Positions 11,906 through 23,443 of a stretch of DNA of 64,000 nucleotides are shown one piece after another; positions within the stretch are counted from its first letter, which is position 1; each line of letters begins with the position of its first letter. A program made the translations under genes and the position numbers. The notes under the pieces are model-generated. The model had not been told where the DNA came from, ran no database searches, and saw nothing but the letters and a program-made list of their open reading frames with translations. This DNA comes from Macrostomum lignano (Eukaryota). The stretch is from assembly GCA_002269645.1 (NCBI GenBank), contig NIVC01000208.1, positions 434,001-498,000 on the forward strand, given 5' to 3'.

Positions 11906-13396
11906 ATGCAGCGAACAGGTAGGTTTGAAAAAAAAGTAAAACCATATGCAGGCGATGATTCTGCCGCATTTTCAGTTCTGCTGCTGTTCATTGTTTTTAC
12001 GGTGGCCCAGGCGTCGGTGTCCGTGACGCAATCCAGCGGTGACGGACCTCACCCGTCCTCCATGGAGATCGAGCTCCAGCTGCCCGACACCGACAAGAAA
12101 GTTCGCATCCCGCTGACTAAGACTGCTCCGTTGGATGACGCTGTGGTCACTGTGACGGACGGTGGAGTCTCCAGGACGTTCTCTGGCCGACAAGCTCAAC
12201 ACGGAGATCACGCTCACTACAGAAATGTCGATCGGAAGTCTGTGATCAGCGTTCGACACGAGAACGGCACAAAGCGCATCAAAGGTCACGTGACGCACCA
12301 AGACGCCTTGTATTTCGTCGAGCCGATCGGCGACTTCGAGCACCGTGTCTCCAAAACCAACGGAACTGACTCGCAGACGGATGGGACGCAGCCCGAGCGG
12401 GTTCTGAGTCGCAAGAAACGCCAAGTAAACCGAGAGGCTACCGAGTACATAGTCGAGATCCACATCCTCATTGATCACCACGTTTGGAAGACTTTCAAGT
12501 CAATTTTCGGTTCAGATGAAGAAGCCCTGACTGAGCTGCACTTCTACTATTCTCACATTGTGATTGGCATGGACACGGTCTTCAGGAACATCGGCAGTCC
12601 GTCAATCAGTGTCAGGTGCATCGAGTTAACAGTAGCTAAGACAGAAGCCGATGCAAAGTGGATGCCACCGGATAGCTCGGCTGACGGTACGCGCTTTATG
12701 ATAAATAGTGTCCCTTATTGCGTACAGTGTAATTTCCAATAATCTCAACGTTGAAGCGTTTGCCTGAACTGATCTTTTTAGCGAAAGATGGAAATGTTAT
12801 TTTAAACGGCATCGAAGCGTACGCGAAGGCAAAAGAGCCGATCACGTGATGGCTTTCACCCGCGGGGGCATTGGGAAGGACGGATTCTTGGTCGTGGCAG
12901 GATTGGCCTTTCCGAGTGGTGCCTGTCGAAAGTGGAAGGTCAGCCTTGTTGACGATACGGGCCTCGACAGCTGGAACACGGCGGCGCACGAGCTTGCGCA
13001 CAGCTTAGGGGCCAGTCACGATAACAGAGAGCCTGGCTGCGAAATTCATCAGAAGTTCTTGATGTCACCGCATGGTTCGGTCTACGATCTCAGCAACGTA
13101 GCCAATTCCTATCGCTTCTCTCCATGCACAGTGAGGCAGATCAGGACCTATCTCGAATCCAGTAAGCTATTAAAATGCATGTTTTGTTTTAATTTGATTG
13201 CGAAAGCAAGATTCAGCTAGTCGATAACGTCTTTCGTATAAGTGCTCTATGACGGAATAAGAAACTACTGAGTATGTCCCTGAACGGAATACTCAACCGA
13301 TATCATTAGCCACATCCGTCACGAACTATATTTTGGATCCCTAACTCGCTAGGTGGGAGGGGTAAAGCGATAGCGCGCAAGAATGATTAGTCATTT

Positions 13397-13487
<91 letters not shown>

Positions 13488-14800
13488 ACAACGTGAAAAC
13501 CAAAGTTTAACCCTCAAATTGTCTCAATGAGGAACTTTATTTTCGTCTTTCTTTGTTATGCACGGACTGGCTATTATTTGCACTGTTACTGCAACATGCT
13601 GTATTAAATATTAATATGCTATTAGTATATTAATATTACTAATTTTAATATTAATTAGCGGCAGATAAAAAAATTGTTAAAATGAAAAGTTAAGAGCGAA
13701 CAGGCCACTCGACAAAGCTAACGGTAGCTACGGTTGGTTCAGGATTCAATAGGGCTGGCATATGACGCTGGCTTCGGTTTCTTTGTGAGAGTTTAGGATA
13801 GTGGTTCTAGAAGGGAGATCGAGATGATGCTTGGGTCAAAAGCAGTGGGAAAATGCGCTTTCGGTTCTTGACTCTGACAAGAAGGAAATATTCGGGCGCC
13901 TGATTCGTAGCAAAAACGGCATTGAACTGTCCTTGGTTTGCGTTGCCTAGCAGCCGAGTGACGTCACTTGTCTAGCCGTGCTGTGATTGGTTAGTAAAAT
14001 GGGGTAGGTACCCCTTGAAAAGGCGGAATAAGCGAATAGAAAAATGTCTTACTGGTATCGGAGTTCGTCGAGTGCATTTCGTTTCGGTGATTTGAACAAC
14101 AGCGCTGAGGTTGGGGTGGGTGACAAGAAGTGGGGTGGGTGTAGGTAATGAGTGATCAGATGATTTATCAGGAGGATGGCAGATATTCAGAGTTGGGATC
14201 GGCATTGGTGAACTTGAGGTGAAATAATATAAAAATTTTGCTGAGATCCTTACCGCTGTCAAATTACGAGATAAAGGCTTGTATTTTTGTTACTCACAAA
14301 CTGTATTTTTTAATCTCTAACCAGGTGAAGCAGCGTGCCTGCGGTCTCTTCAAGGCACCGGTGTCAGCCAACTGACAGGCTCTGTCCGCCAAGGAGCTCG
14401 CTTATCCCTCGATCAGGTGTGCCGTCTCAGATACCCATCCAGTCCTGGCAAATTATTCGTGCATGAGAACTTCATAAAGGACCCAGCTTTGTTGTGCATC
14501 AACGTGTACTGCCACAGGGAGGCTTGGGGATCGAGTGCGCCATTTAGGTACGGCCTTCGAGCCCCGGTCGGCACCCCGTGCGGCAGTCAGAAGAGCTGCA
14601 ACTGGAACGGCCAGTGCACCTACGACTCGAAGGTCCCCGCTATCGACATGTCCTGCTTTTTCGGCGACATTAACTCCTTCGACAAGTGCAGCATTGTATA
14701 CCGGACCATCACCAAGATTCCAAGTGCAGTAATCAGGAACAGATATTGCAATCAGATGAAGCCTGCCTGCTGCAAGACGCTGGCCTCCATCTGCTCTTGA
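11906..14800 (+). pseudogene. Metalloprotease copy 3, full-length apart from a 1-bp deletion (pseudogene or assembly error); exons 11906-11918, 11976-12686, 12782-13161, 14325-14800
   Basis: Signal peptide MQRTVLLLFIVFTVAQA, RKKR site, HELAHSLGASHD and all GT-AG sites are present. Exon 3 is 380 nt rather than the 381 needed for frame, with the shift in the A-run at 12831-12834. Confidence 0.85.
13397..13483. repeat. (GA)n microsatellite in intron 3 of copy 3
   Basis: About 43 GA units. Confidence 0.97.
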
Positions 14801-15776
14801 CGTTGTCACATAGCTTTAAATGCTGGACCGATTTGTTTGAGTTAACTATAAACAGCTGATAAAGAGTGAAAATATATTGTCGCAATCCAAAACTCAGTTT
14901 CATTCGTTATTGACTCTCGTTTTGCTGTCTATAAATGGTACCCATTTGGGCAGACGAAGGCCGTTAGAGGCACGGTTCTTTATAAATGAACCGTTCTCAC
15001 TGTCCTCATTTATAACTCAACACGCCAGGCTTATGGCACTAAGCAAGCAAATTCCAGCTCGTAGTTCAGCATCGAAATAAGCGAATTGGGTGGCCCAGTT
15101 TCTTTCGGTTAGATTAATAGGAATGGCATGCATCTGCCCTTTGTCTCTGCATATGAAGCGATTCTCCCTTGAAGTTTTTTTGATAAAACACTAGTGGGCT
15201 CTTCAAGCAAAATATTGTCGCCTTGTGGATGCAGGAAGGAAGAGCTCCAATACTTTTTCGCATTTGAATCTGAATGCGAGGAATATAGTTTTTTGGCTGT
15301 TCTGACAGTTTCAAACCGTGTGTGCAACATCTCTTTGTGACCTAAAGAGAGACTTCTACGGGCTATGTTTTTTCTTTGAGTATCCGCCCAACTTTCTTCT
15401 TTTAGATTGGATTTCTCATTGCAGTTGAGCACTAGTTACAATATTTGAGAGGGCGGTGTTTTTCATCTTAATACATGTAAATCTCAGCATCACCACACCC
15501 TGCACTGGTTGTTGGCAGTATGACCGTACGAGCTATGATGTCCTCTGGCGGTCTGGTAAGGGCGTCGAACTGCCCTTTCGAAAAGGCAGCGAGTTTCTGC
15601 TCTTGAAAGAACGAAAGATCACTGACGTCGATAGTTGCTTATAACTTGAGTCAAATTTCAATAGTTTAGTATATATTTTTATTTGGAAGTTCCATCACCA
15701 AAAAAGTTTTTTTCGTGCCATTTCTGCTACATTAGTTGGTGTTTTCGTCTCCATTTGGAACCTGGCTTTTTCCCGA

Positions 15777-17656
15777 TTAGCATAGAGTAGCCAAAGACCT
15801 GCAGCAACCCTCCTTGGCGCTGTCAGTACAAGAAGTCCAGCCCTTCTCGATGTACATCTTCCAGTCTGCGCAGTTGCTCCACGAGTCGCCCCAGAAGCAG
15901 CTGTCGTCAGCTGCTGGAGCGGATTCGTCCGCTGAGCACTCGCCGTTCCAGTTGCAGCTCTTTTTGTTGCCGCACGGCGTACCAACTGGAGCGCGAAGTC
16001 CGCTTACAGATGTACCACCGCCGTCGCTCGAAGCGCAGTAGATCATGGCGCAGATGGAGGCAGGATTGTTGAAGGTATCAGTAGTGAGGTAAAACTTTCC
16101 AGGACCGTTGGGCTGGAAAAAGCGGCAAACCTGGTCGAGGGTCAAGCGAGTGCCTTCGCGCGTATTCGATGTCAGCTCACTAAGACGGCTTCCCTGGTCG
16201 GAAGTCATGCAGTTTGTTGAGCCTGTTTGAGACAAGAGTCAAGTGTTAATAAAAGTGCAATGTCGCTAAAAATGAATGGTAAAATGAGCACGCACACGGA
16301 TGCGTACGCAGGGTGCACAACGGTCCTGAATTTGTCATCATCACAGGGCATGTACATATCCCTTGACTAAGCCGTTTACCCTCCCTCTGCTTACCCAGAG
16401 AGTTAAGATATGCCGCCATGTAGGACACCGAGCAGCTGGAGAAGCGGTAGGAGTTAGCTACGTTAGCCAGATTGTACATTCCGCCAGACGGAGACATGAG
16501 GTTCTTCGCGCCCGAGCTGCAGGTGTTGCCGCTCGCATCGTGATGAGAGCCCAAGTTGTGAGCGAGCTCGTGAGCAGCTGTGCCCCAGCTTTGCAGTCCC
16601 TGATCCTCGTTGATGCTGACTCGAATATTCCTACAGACGCCTCCTACGTACGCCATGCCGCAAACCGATGAGCTACCGCCGCCGGTGATGTCCATACGCG
16701 TGAAGGCCATGAAGTGGTCAGCTGTCTTTCCAACGATGTAGTTCTTCATTGCACTTAAGATGTTGCTTCCCTCAGTATCTAATTTTGAAATCAACTGAAT
16801 AGCATTGCAATGCGTGCTTAAAATATAAATCACAATAAAAAGAATCACCCCCTATTTAATTTACCTTCCCCAGCCATCCACTTGTCATCGGCCAGCGTCT
16901 TCGAAATGGTCATGCCGATGCAGCTGACGCTGATAGACGGGGAGCCGATATTTCTGTACGACGTGTCGATTCCGTTCAAAATATGCGTGTAGTAAAAGTG
17001 CAACTCGGTGAGGGCCGCTGAGTCAGTGCTGTAGATGCTCTTGAAAGCGGACCAGACGCGGCTGTCAATTAGCAGGTAAATCTCCACCTTGTAGTTAGTG
17101 GATGCGGTGTTTGTCTGGCGCTTCTTGCGACTCTCGATGTCCCTGGCGACGTTGACCTTCTTGGCCAAGTCATGCGGGTTCAACGCGTTCATGGTTACCT
17201 GGTGGTCGGCGTCTCCTAGCGGCTCAAGGAAGTACGACGTTCCCTCGTGCATCACGTGACCACTAATGCGCCTCTTTCCGTTGACGTGTCGGACGCTGAT
17301 CACGGACTTGGACTCAATGTCCCTGTAGTGAGCGTGGCTCGGATGGTGAATCTGGCGAGCCGAAAAAGTCATGGACAGTCCATTTTCTGTCACTGTGACT
17401 GGGACATTCTCGAAATCTTGCGTCTTGTTTAGCGGAATCCGAACTTTCTTGTTCGAACTGGGCAGCTGTACTTCCATCTCCATAGCTGATGGGTGCAGCT
17501 CGTTGCTGCTTGTTCGAGTCACCGTGACGGAAGCCTGAGCCACCGCGAGGCCCAGCAGGAGGAGCACTGAAAGGAGAGAAATAACAAGATGATGACTTGC
17601 ATTTTTCCTTGGCTATTTACAAAAAGAAGCAGTATGAGCTTACCAATCTGACGCAT
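15777..17656 (-). CDS. Metalloprotease copy 4, intact, about 514 aa; exons 17656-17644, 17566-16865, 16778-16395, 16222-15777
   Basis: MRQIVLLLLGLAVAQA signal peptide, SRKKR, HELAHNLGSHHD, NLM Met-turn, Cys-rich and 6-Cys C-terminal modules. Exon lengths 13+702+384+446 = 1545 nt keep frame and all introns are GT-AG. Confidence 0.93.
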
Positions 17657-17736
17657 TGCAAAGTCTGGAGCTGTTGAAGAGACGACAATCGAAGTCCAGA
17701 AACCGATTGGTGGGCAAAGGGCTCGTGTTACCGAAA

Positions 17737-17744
17737 TATTTATA
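17737..17744 (-). promoter_or_regulatory. TATA box of protease copy 4
   Basis: TATAAATA about 80 nt upstream of the ATG. Confidence 0.55.
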
Positions 17745-18302
17745 GTATTGTCTATTTCCGGTCAAAGTGGAAATGAATTCTTTCGATAAAATAGAACATC
17801 TGCTACGGTTGAAGTTGTCCGGATATTAAAGACCCACAGAAATTAGTCGCAGAAGATTTTCCCGGGACTTGAAATTATTGCATAGTTTCGTCTTCTCTTC
17901 CATTTATGTTAATTTCCTTTTCGGTTCCAAAGTTGACAAGTTCTTCAAGTTAAGGTCAACCCGCTGGTTTTAAAACGAAACTCTGGACGTGACCAACTGT
18001 TTGTAGTTTCGTTTAAAAAAAGCTGTAAATACGAGCGTAGTACGAGTGCTAGGAATTCGTTTGTCAATCTTATGGCAAACTTTTAATAATGAATTTCTGC
18101 CTTTAGGGTTCTCAGAGCGGAAATTGAATCGCTTCAAACATTTCTTTGCGACACCTATGTGCTGCTTACGCTGATTGTTATACCTGTAGCTTTTTAATAC
18201 CTGCAACTAGGGGTTCATTGTCGCTAGTCAGTGCTTTTAGATAGTATTTTGTCTATGGTAAAAACTAACGCAACTTTCACTCCATAGCCTGTGATTCTAG
18301 CG

Positions 18303-18594
18303 TCACTTCTGGATAATGTCCTCGAGTTCTATAAATGTCTTGATATCGAGCGGCACTGCCGGTCCTTTGGTCAAGCATGACACTTCTGCGTCTTCCTTTT
18401 CCTCCGGTAGCATTAGAAATTCGTCACTTGTTCCTCCCTCTTCGATGTACTTGATAAATGTGGCTAGGTCTTCGGCAGCTGTGTAGTCGTTGCCCGATGT
18501 TGATAGCCTTGAAATAAAATCCATGTCGGAGCGTGTGACACCAGGAAGACAACTAATCGGCAAGTTGGCCCAGTTAATCAGATGCACTTGGTCT
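18303..18594 (-). other. Unassigned exon-like open segment
   Basis: Open frame of about 95 codons with protein-like composition behind a possible TTGCAG acceptor. No motif recognised. Confidence 0.2.
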
Positions 18595-19176
18595 GCAATG
18601 ATGCTTTTCTTGCTAGTAGTGTTATTTGAGAGCTTTCATTTTCTCCCATCACCCCCCTCTATGCCTGCATTCCCCGTTCGCCCGACAACGTGGTCTATGT
18701 CTTAAAGCACTTCATTTATTTAAACCGGGCAATAAATTATTTATTTCCCGCTGGCCCGGGGCGTATAAACGGCAATTTTACGATAGAAACTTTTAACCAT
18801 AGACTGTAGACAAAGTCCGAGACAACGACGGGAAATCCGTCTGCGGGTGATTCTCATGAACCCTGTGTACGAGTGTATGAAGTGTGTCTATAGCCAAAAT
18901 CAGGGTTCTCTCTCACAGAAAATTATTACCTTAGACTTTGAGCAAAGAAGATTTGCAAAAAACATAAATTTACCTTTTAAGGTATAACTTCTTTGAGGCT
19001 ATTTGCTAGTACTGTAAAGGCATTGTTGATACTGAAGTATATATAAATAAGTCAAAAAGCCAAAATGACGTACTGTGTCACAACTACACTAGTAATAGCC
19101 TCCCTGAGTCCTGGGAATTCTTAGGTCTCTGGTGAACCTACCGTATTAATGTAATTATTGGCTATAATTTTGACAC

Positions 19177-20118
19177 GAGAGGAGAGGACAAAGGAGAGGA
19201 GAGGAGAGGAGAGAAGGGACAGAGAAAAATGAGAGAAGGGAGAGGAGAGGAGAGGAGAGGAGAGGAGTGGAGAGGAGAGGAGAGGAGAGGAGAGGAGAGG
19301 AGAGAGAGGAGAGGAGAGGAGAGGAGAGGAGAGGAGAGGAGAGAAGAGAAGAGAAGAGAAGAGAAGAGGAGAGAAGAGGAGAGGGAGTAGAGGAGAGGAG
19401 AGGAGAGGAGAGGAGAGGAGAGGAGAGGAGAGGAGAGGAGAGGAGAGAAGAGAAGAGAAGAGGAGAGAAGATGAGAGGGAGGAGAGGAGAGGAGAGGAGA
19501 GGAGAGGAGAGGAGAGAAGAGGAGAGAAGAGGAGAGGAGAGGAGAGAAGAGGAGAGAAGAGGAGAGGAGAGGAGAGAAGAGGAGAGGAGAGGAGAGAAGA
19601 GGAGAGGAGAGGAGAGAAGAGGAGAGGAGAGGAGAGGAGAGGAGAGGAGAGGAGAGGAGAGGAGAGGAGAGGAGAGGAGAGGAGAGAAGAGAAGAGAAGA
19701 GAAGAGAAGAGGAGAGAAGAGGAGAGGGGAGTAGAGGAGAGGAGAGGAGAGGAGAGGAGAGGAGAGGAGAGGAGAGGAGAGAAGAGAAGAGAAGAGGAGA
19801 GAAGAGGAGAGGGGAGAGGAGAGGAGAGGAGAGGAGAGGAGAGGAGAGAAGAGGAGAGAAGAGGAGAGGAGAGGAGAGAAGAGGAGAGGAGAGAAGGGGA
19901 GAGGAGAGGAGAGGAGAGGAGAGGAGAGGAGAGGAGAGGAGAGGAGAGGAGAGGAGAGGAGAGGAGAGGAGAGAAGAGGAGAGAAGGGGAGAGAAGAGGA
20001 GAGGAGAGGAGAGGAGAGGAGAGGAGAGGAGAGGAGAGGAGAGGAGAGGAGAGGAGAGGAGAGGAGAGGAGAGGAGAGGAGAGGAGAGGAGAGGAGAGGA
20101 GAGGAGAGGAGAGGAGAG
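19177..20118. repeat. (GAGAG)n-type pentanucleotide satellite
   Basis: About 940 bp of GGAGA/AGAGA units. Confidence 0.97.
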
Positions 20119-20347
20119 TCATGACTAGTTAATTGCTTTCTGAGTGGCAATACTTTATAGCAACAAAAATTAGAATAAAACTTCCAGGTGGCAAGACATA
20201 TTCACTTTTGGAATGCTTAAAAGTTTCTACAGAAAACTTAAAGCTTTATTGATTGCTCCTGTTGTCGTCACAGCCGTTTACGAGCGGCGTAGTCTTTCAA
20301 AATTATTGCTTCAAGCTCACTTCCATTGTGCAGTTTCACCAGCTGAG

Positions 20348-21473
20348 TTACAGTGTGTAAGCCTCAATCTCGCATATGGTTAGTATCCCGCTGAGCAGGT
20401 TCGTCACCCGAACTCGGCTGCCGAAGGCGCCGCAACTGAAGTTGGCCACGGAGAACGACTCCCTCAGTTTCACTCGGTTGCACTCGACGCCGTCCACCTG
20501 CAGCGAGAATTTGTTGAGACGGCGTCGGCAGCAGTCCTGCCTGTTGTAGATGGTGACGTATGAGACAAACGATGGAGCGGCCAGCTGCCCCTCCCACCAT
20601 TCGAACGGGTTGTTTTCGGCTTGGTTCCTGTTTCCGTCAATTGCTAGTCCACAAACGCCCGGTGTTGTCGTTGAGCTCTGCGAGCAGCTTCCGAAACGCA
20701 GCCGAGTTTGTGAGTCTGAAAATTAGTGGCAGTCAGAGTACTTGTACCACGAGCTTGTCACCTTAAATTTAGGCACACAATAATTTCTGTAACAGGTAGG
20801 ATTTTGCGTCCTGCCTGCACCTTCTGCTCACGTCGGATAACAAAGAATTGAACTCGAAGCACGGTATTTCTGGGCCCAGGCTGCTGCGGTCTACATCCCA
20901 GCCGAGGCAATGAATATGCTTTTAGGCCCGCAAATGCGGGCGGGAGAAACGTGAAGCGAGTGCCTCCACTGTCTCTCCTTTTTATTTGAAACACTGAAGA
21001 ACATGCGCGTGGGAACGTAAACTCTTATGCTACGAGCTCGTACATAGAAAAAATGCAAATTACGCTGCAAGTTTTAGGCGCAGCCGCGCTTCGGAAACAT
21101 GGCGGCATTCTATGCAGCTCATAATTTCCACGAGATTGAATAAGTCAAATTCAACATACTTGGTGCATAACATCTTACCGACAATCCTGGTGTACACATC
21201 GCATGACTCCGAGACCTGCCAGCCATCCGTGCTGCTGAACGCCAGCCAGTCAAAGAGTCGGCACAGACCCTGCAGCCAGCTGAAGCCGAAACAGGTGGGC
21301 CTCAAAGCGCAGAGCGTGGCGCAGTTCATTGAATCTCTGCCACGCAGGGTCTCCATGGCAACTGGAGTCGAGTTGCTGCGCAGTTTGACCACCTTGAATT
21401 GGAGGTGGACGGTCATGGCAAACGAAATTTTCAATGTATAGCATAGCAGCAGAAGCAGAATTAGCTTCATCAT
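20348..21473 (-). CDS. Secreted PAN/Apple + F-type lectin (fucolectin) protein, copy A, about 220 aa; exons 21473-21179 and 20715-20348
   Basis: Signal peptide MMKLILLLLLCYTLKISFA and PAN-type CATLC...CFGF...C. The phase-1 intron joins to an F-type lectin domain (QSST...AIDGN...WWE..L...YNRQDCC..R...ICEIEAY). Carries a 27-nt in-frame deletion relative to copy B. Confidence 0.85.
20788..21120. mobile_element. About 333-bp insertion in the intron of lectin copy A, with target-site duplication
   Basis: Absent from copy B. Flanked by ATAATTTC at 20780-20787 and 21121-21128. Confidence 0.75.
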
Positions 21474-21533
21474 TAGCTAGCAGAAGCTGGTGTCAGTGTT
21501 TTAGTGTCCAACATCAGCGGAAGCAAACGGTTG

Positions 21534-21540
21534 ATTTATA
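21534..21540 (-). promoter_or_regulatory. TATA box of lectin copy A
   Basis: TATAAAT about 60 nt upstream of the ATG; the position is conserved in copy B. Confidence 0.55.
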
Positions 21541-21971
21541 GAGTTGAAGATTTTTAGTGACGAGCGACACCTTTGATTGTTTGCTCGGATCTGTCTCTCT
21601 AAATTCCATCCTGGGCAAGCCGCTTGCTTCATTTCCTTTGCTCAATCGAGTTTGCTCAATAAAGAAGGAAGATACACAGCTACCGGTAGTAAGGGGTCCG
21701 CGGGCAGCCTTGCTGTATCTTGAAGCCAGCTGCATCTAATGGGTACAGAATTCCGATTCTGATGTTTTTAGAACGATCAAACACGAGTTAAATTGTCAAA
21801 TATTAGCTCTGACAGCAGTGAGCCCGGTTTGTCATCACCATGACGACGGAAGCGACAGATGTAGATGGAAAATCCTGGTAGAGTATTCGATAACTCGTTT
21901 CACTATCTGCCAGAGGGCGTCGCCATAGATTTTATGGTTGGGGGTGGGGGCAGGGACTGCTAAATACATAG

Positions 21972-22155
21972 GGACGGGAAGCTACAAAAGTTGGAGGCCG
22001 ATTTATTAATAACATGGTCCTCGAAAAGCATTACTTGGATAGGTTTTTACCCTAGACGCAAACTCACTGACTGCGGGGTAAAACCTATCTAAGTAATGCT
22101 TTTTGAGGACTAAGTTATTAATAGATCGGCCTTCAACTTTTGTAGCTTCCCGTCC
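21972..22155. repeat. Inverted repeat with arms of about 80 bp (foldback/MITE) nested in the hAT-like element
   Basis: 21972-22052 is the near reverse complement of 22075-22155, with a spacer of about 22 nt. Confidence 0.9.
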
Positions 22156-22327
22156 TGGGTACAAGCGTTCCTGGGGGAGGGGGGTGGGTGGGTGACAAAG
22201 CGAAGAATTTTACGTGTACATATACATCACTCTAAACTCCTACGTACGTGGTACAATATTTTGAGAATCGGTGTTGTCAGCACTCCTTTTGGCGCCGCAG
22301 ACACTCATAACGCCGCAGGAACTTTTT

Positions 22328-22547
22328 AGCGCCGCATGCACTCATTTGAGCGCCGCATGCACTCATTTGAGCGCCGCATGCACTCATTTTAGCGCCGCAT
22401 GCACTCATTTGAGCGCCGCATGCACTCATTTTAGCGCCTTAGGCACTCATTTTAGCGCCACAGGCACTCATTTTAGCGCCGTAGGCACTCATTTTAGCGC
22501 CACAGGCACTCATTTTAGCAAATCAGGCACTCATTTTGGCGCCGCAG
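22328..22547. repeat. 21-bp minisatellite, about 10 copies
   Basis: Unit AGCGCCGCATGCACTCATTTG/T, drifting to AGCGCC.CAGGCACTCATTTT. Confidence 0.93.
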
Positions 22548-23443
22548 TTGCTATATTTTAGCGCCCTGAAACAAAACTATTGCTTTTCACAACGGGTCAC
22601 AAGATACGGTGGGTGGGGGGCAAAGCATTGTATGTCTCCCCCTAAGTTTTTACTAGGGGGACATGTCCCCCTGTCCACTCTGGTGGCGACAACCCTGTTG
22701 TCTGCTATAAGTAGTATGGAACGAATAATACTTTATAAAATTTCTAAAACTAAAAGTCATCATTGCTCTATCTTGGTGAAAAGTACTTTGGTTGCTTGCA
22801 ACAACCCCCCCTGCTCTGCATGGCACAATCTAATATTTAAATCCATGGTATATAAATGTATGAGAACTTTTTGAGATAAAAAGCGACAGAATTGGATCGT
22901 TCCAGTGAGCAATTTCTGTTGAACTATTCGGAAGTAAAAGATACGAGAAAACTGATCGGGGTAGCTTTAATCCGTCCAACCCTCGCACACCGCTCCCCCA
23001 CTTCATTCCTCAACTCAAGTCTGCCGCGGCGTAGCCGAGTTGCGTCACTCGCAAAGATTGAGAGACTTTACCTGCGCTCTCAAAAGTGACGACCACAGAC
23101 GGAATCTGCTGTGATGGCGACTTTTCGATGTTGCTGCGTGTATATTTACATGTAATTTCGAGTATTACTCATGTTCAATGGTACTTTATTTAAAGGCTTA
23201 GTTACATCCGAGTCGAGCCTCAAGCTCGCAGATGATCAGGCACTGGCTGAGCAAGTTTGCCAAATATATGTCACCAATAATTAGTGTCAGTGCCGTCTGG
23301 GTTTAATGCCCAGTCGAAAGCAACAAAAAAACTGCCAAGTCGCAAAGATATATTCGTTTTTGGAATGCTTGAAGGTTCCTACAGAGAACTTTAAGTTTTA
23401 TTGATTGCTGTGATCCGGTTTGCATCACAGCCGTTCAGCTCAT

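Larger units (their letters stand above)
21911..22697. mobile_element. Non-autonomous hAT-like element (MITE) between the lectin paralogues
   Basis: Termini CAGAGGGCGTCGCCA and TGGCGACAACCCTG form imperfect TIRs. The flanks CTATCTGC and TTGTCTGC (6/8 match) resemble a decayed 8-bp TSD. Confidence 0.55.

Noticed and set aside
19121-20150. Long ORFs over satellites (also 29803-30841, 34004-35792, 36999-38036, 38111-39232, 44197-46257, 47965-48828, 52468-53821, 56204-56578, 57345-57795)
   Set aside because: They are translations of stop-free tandem repeats, open in several frames, and most lie in introns or intergenic DNA.
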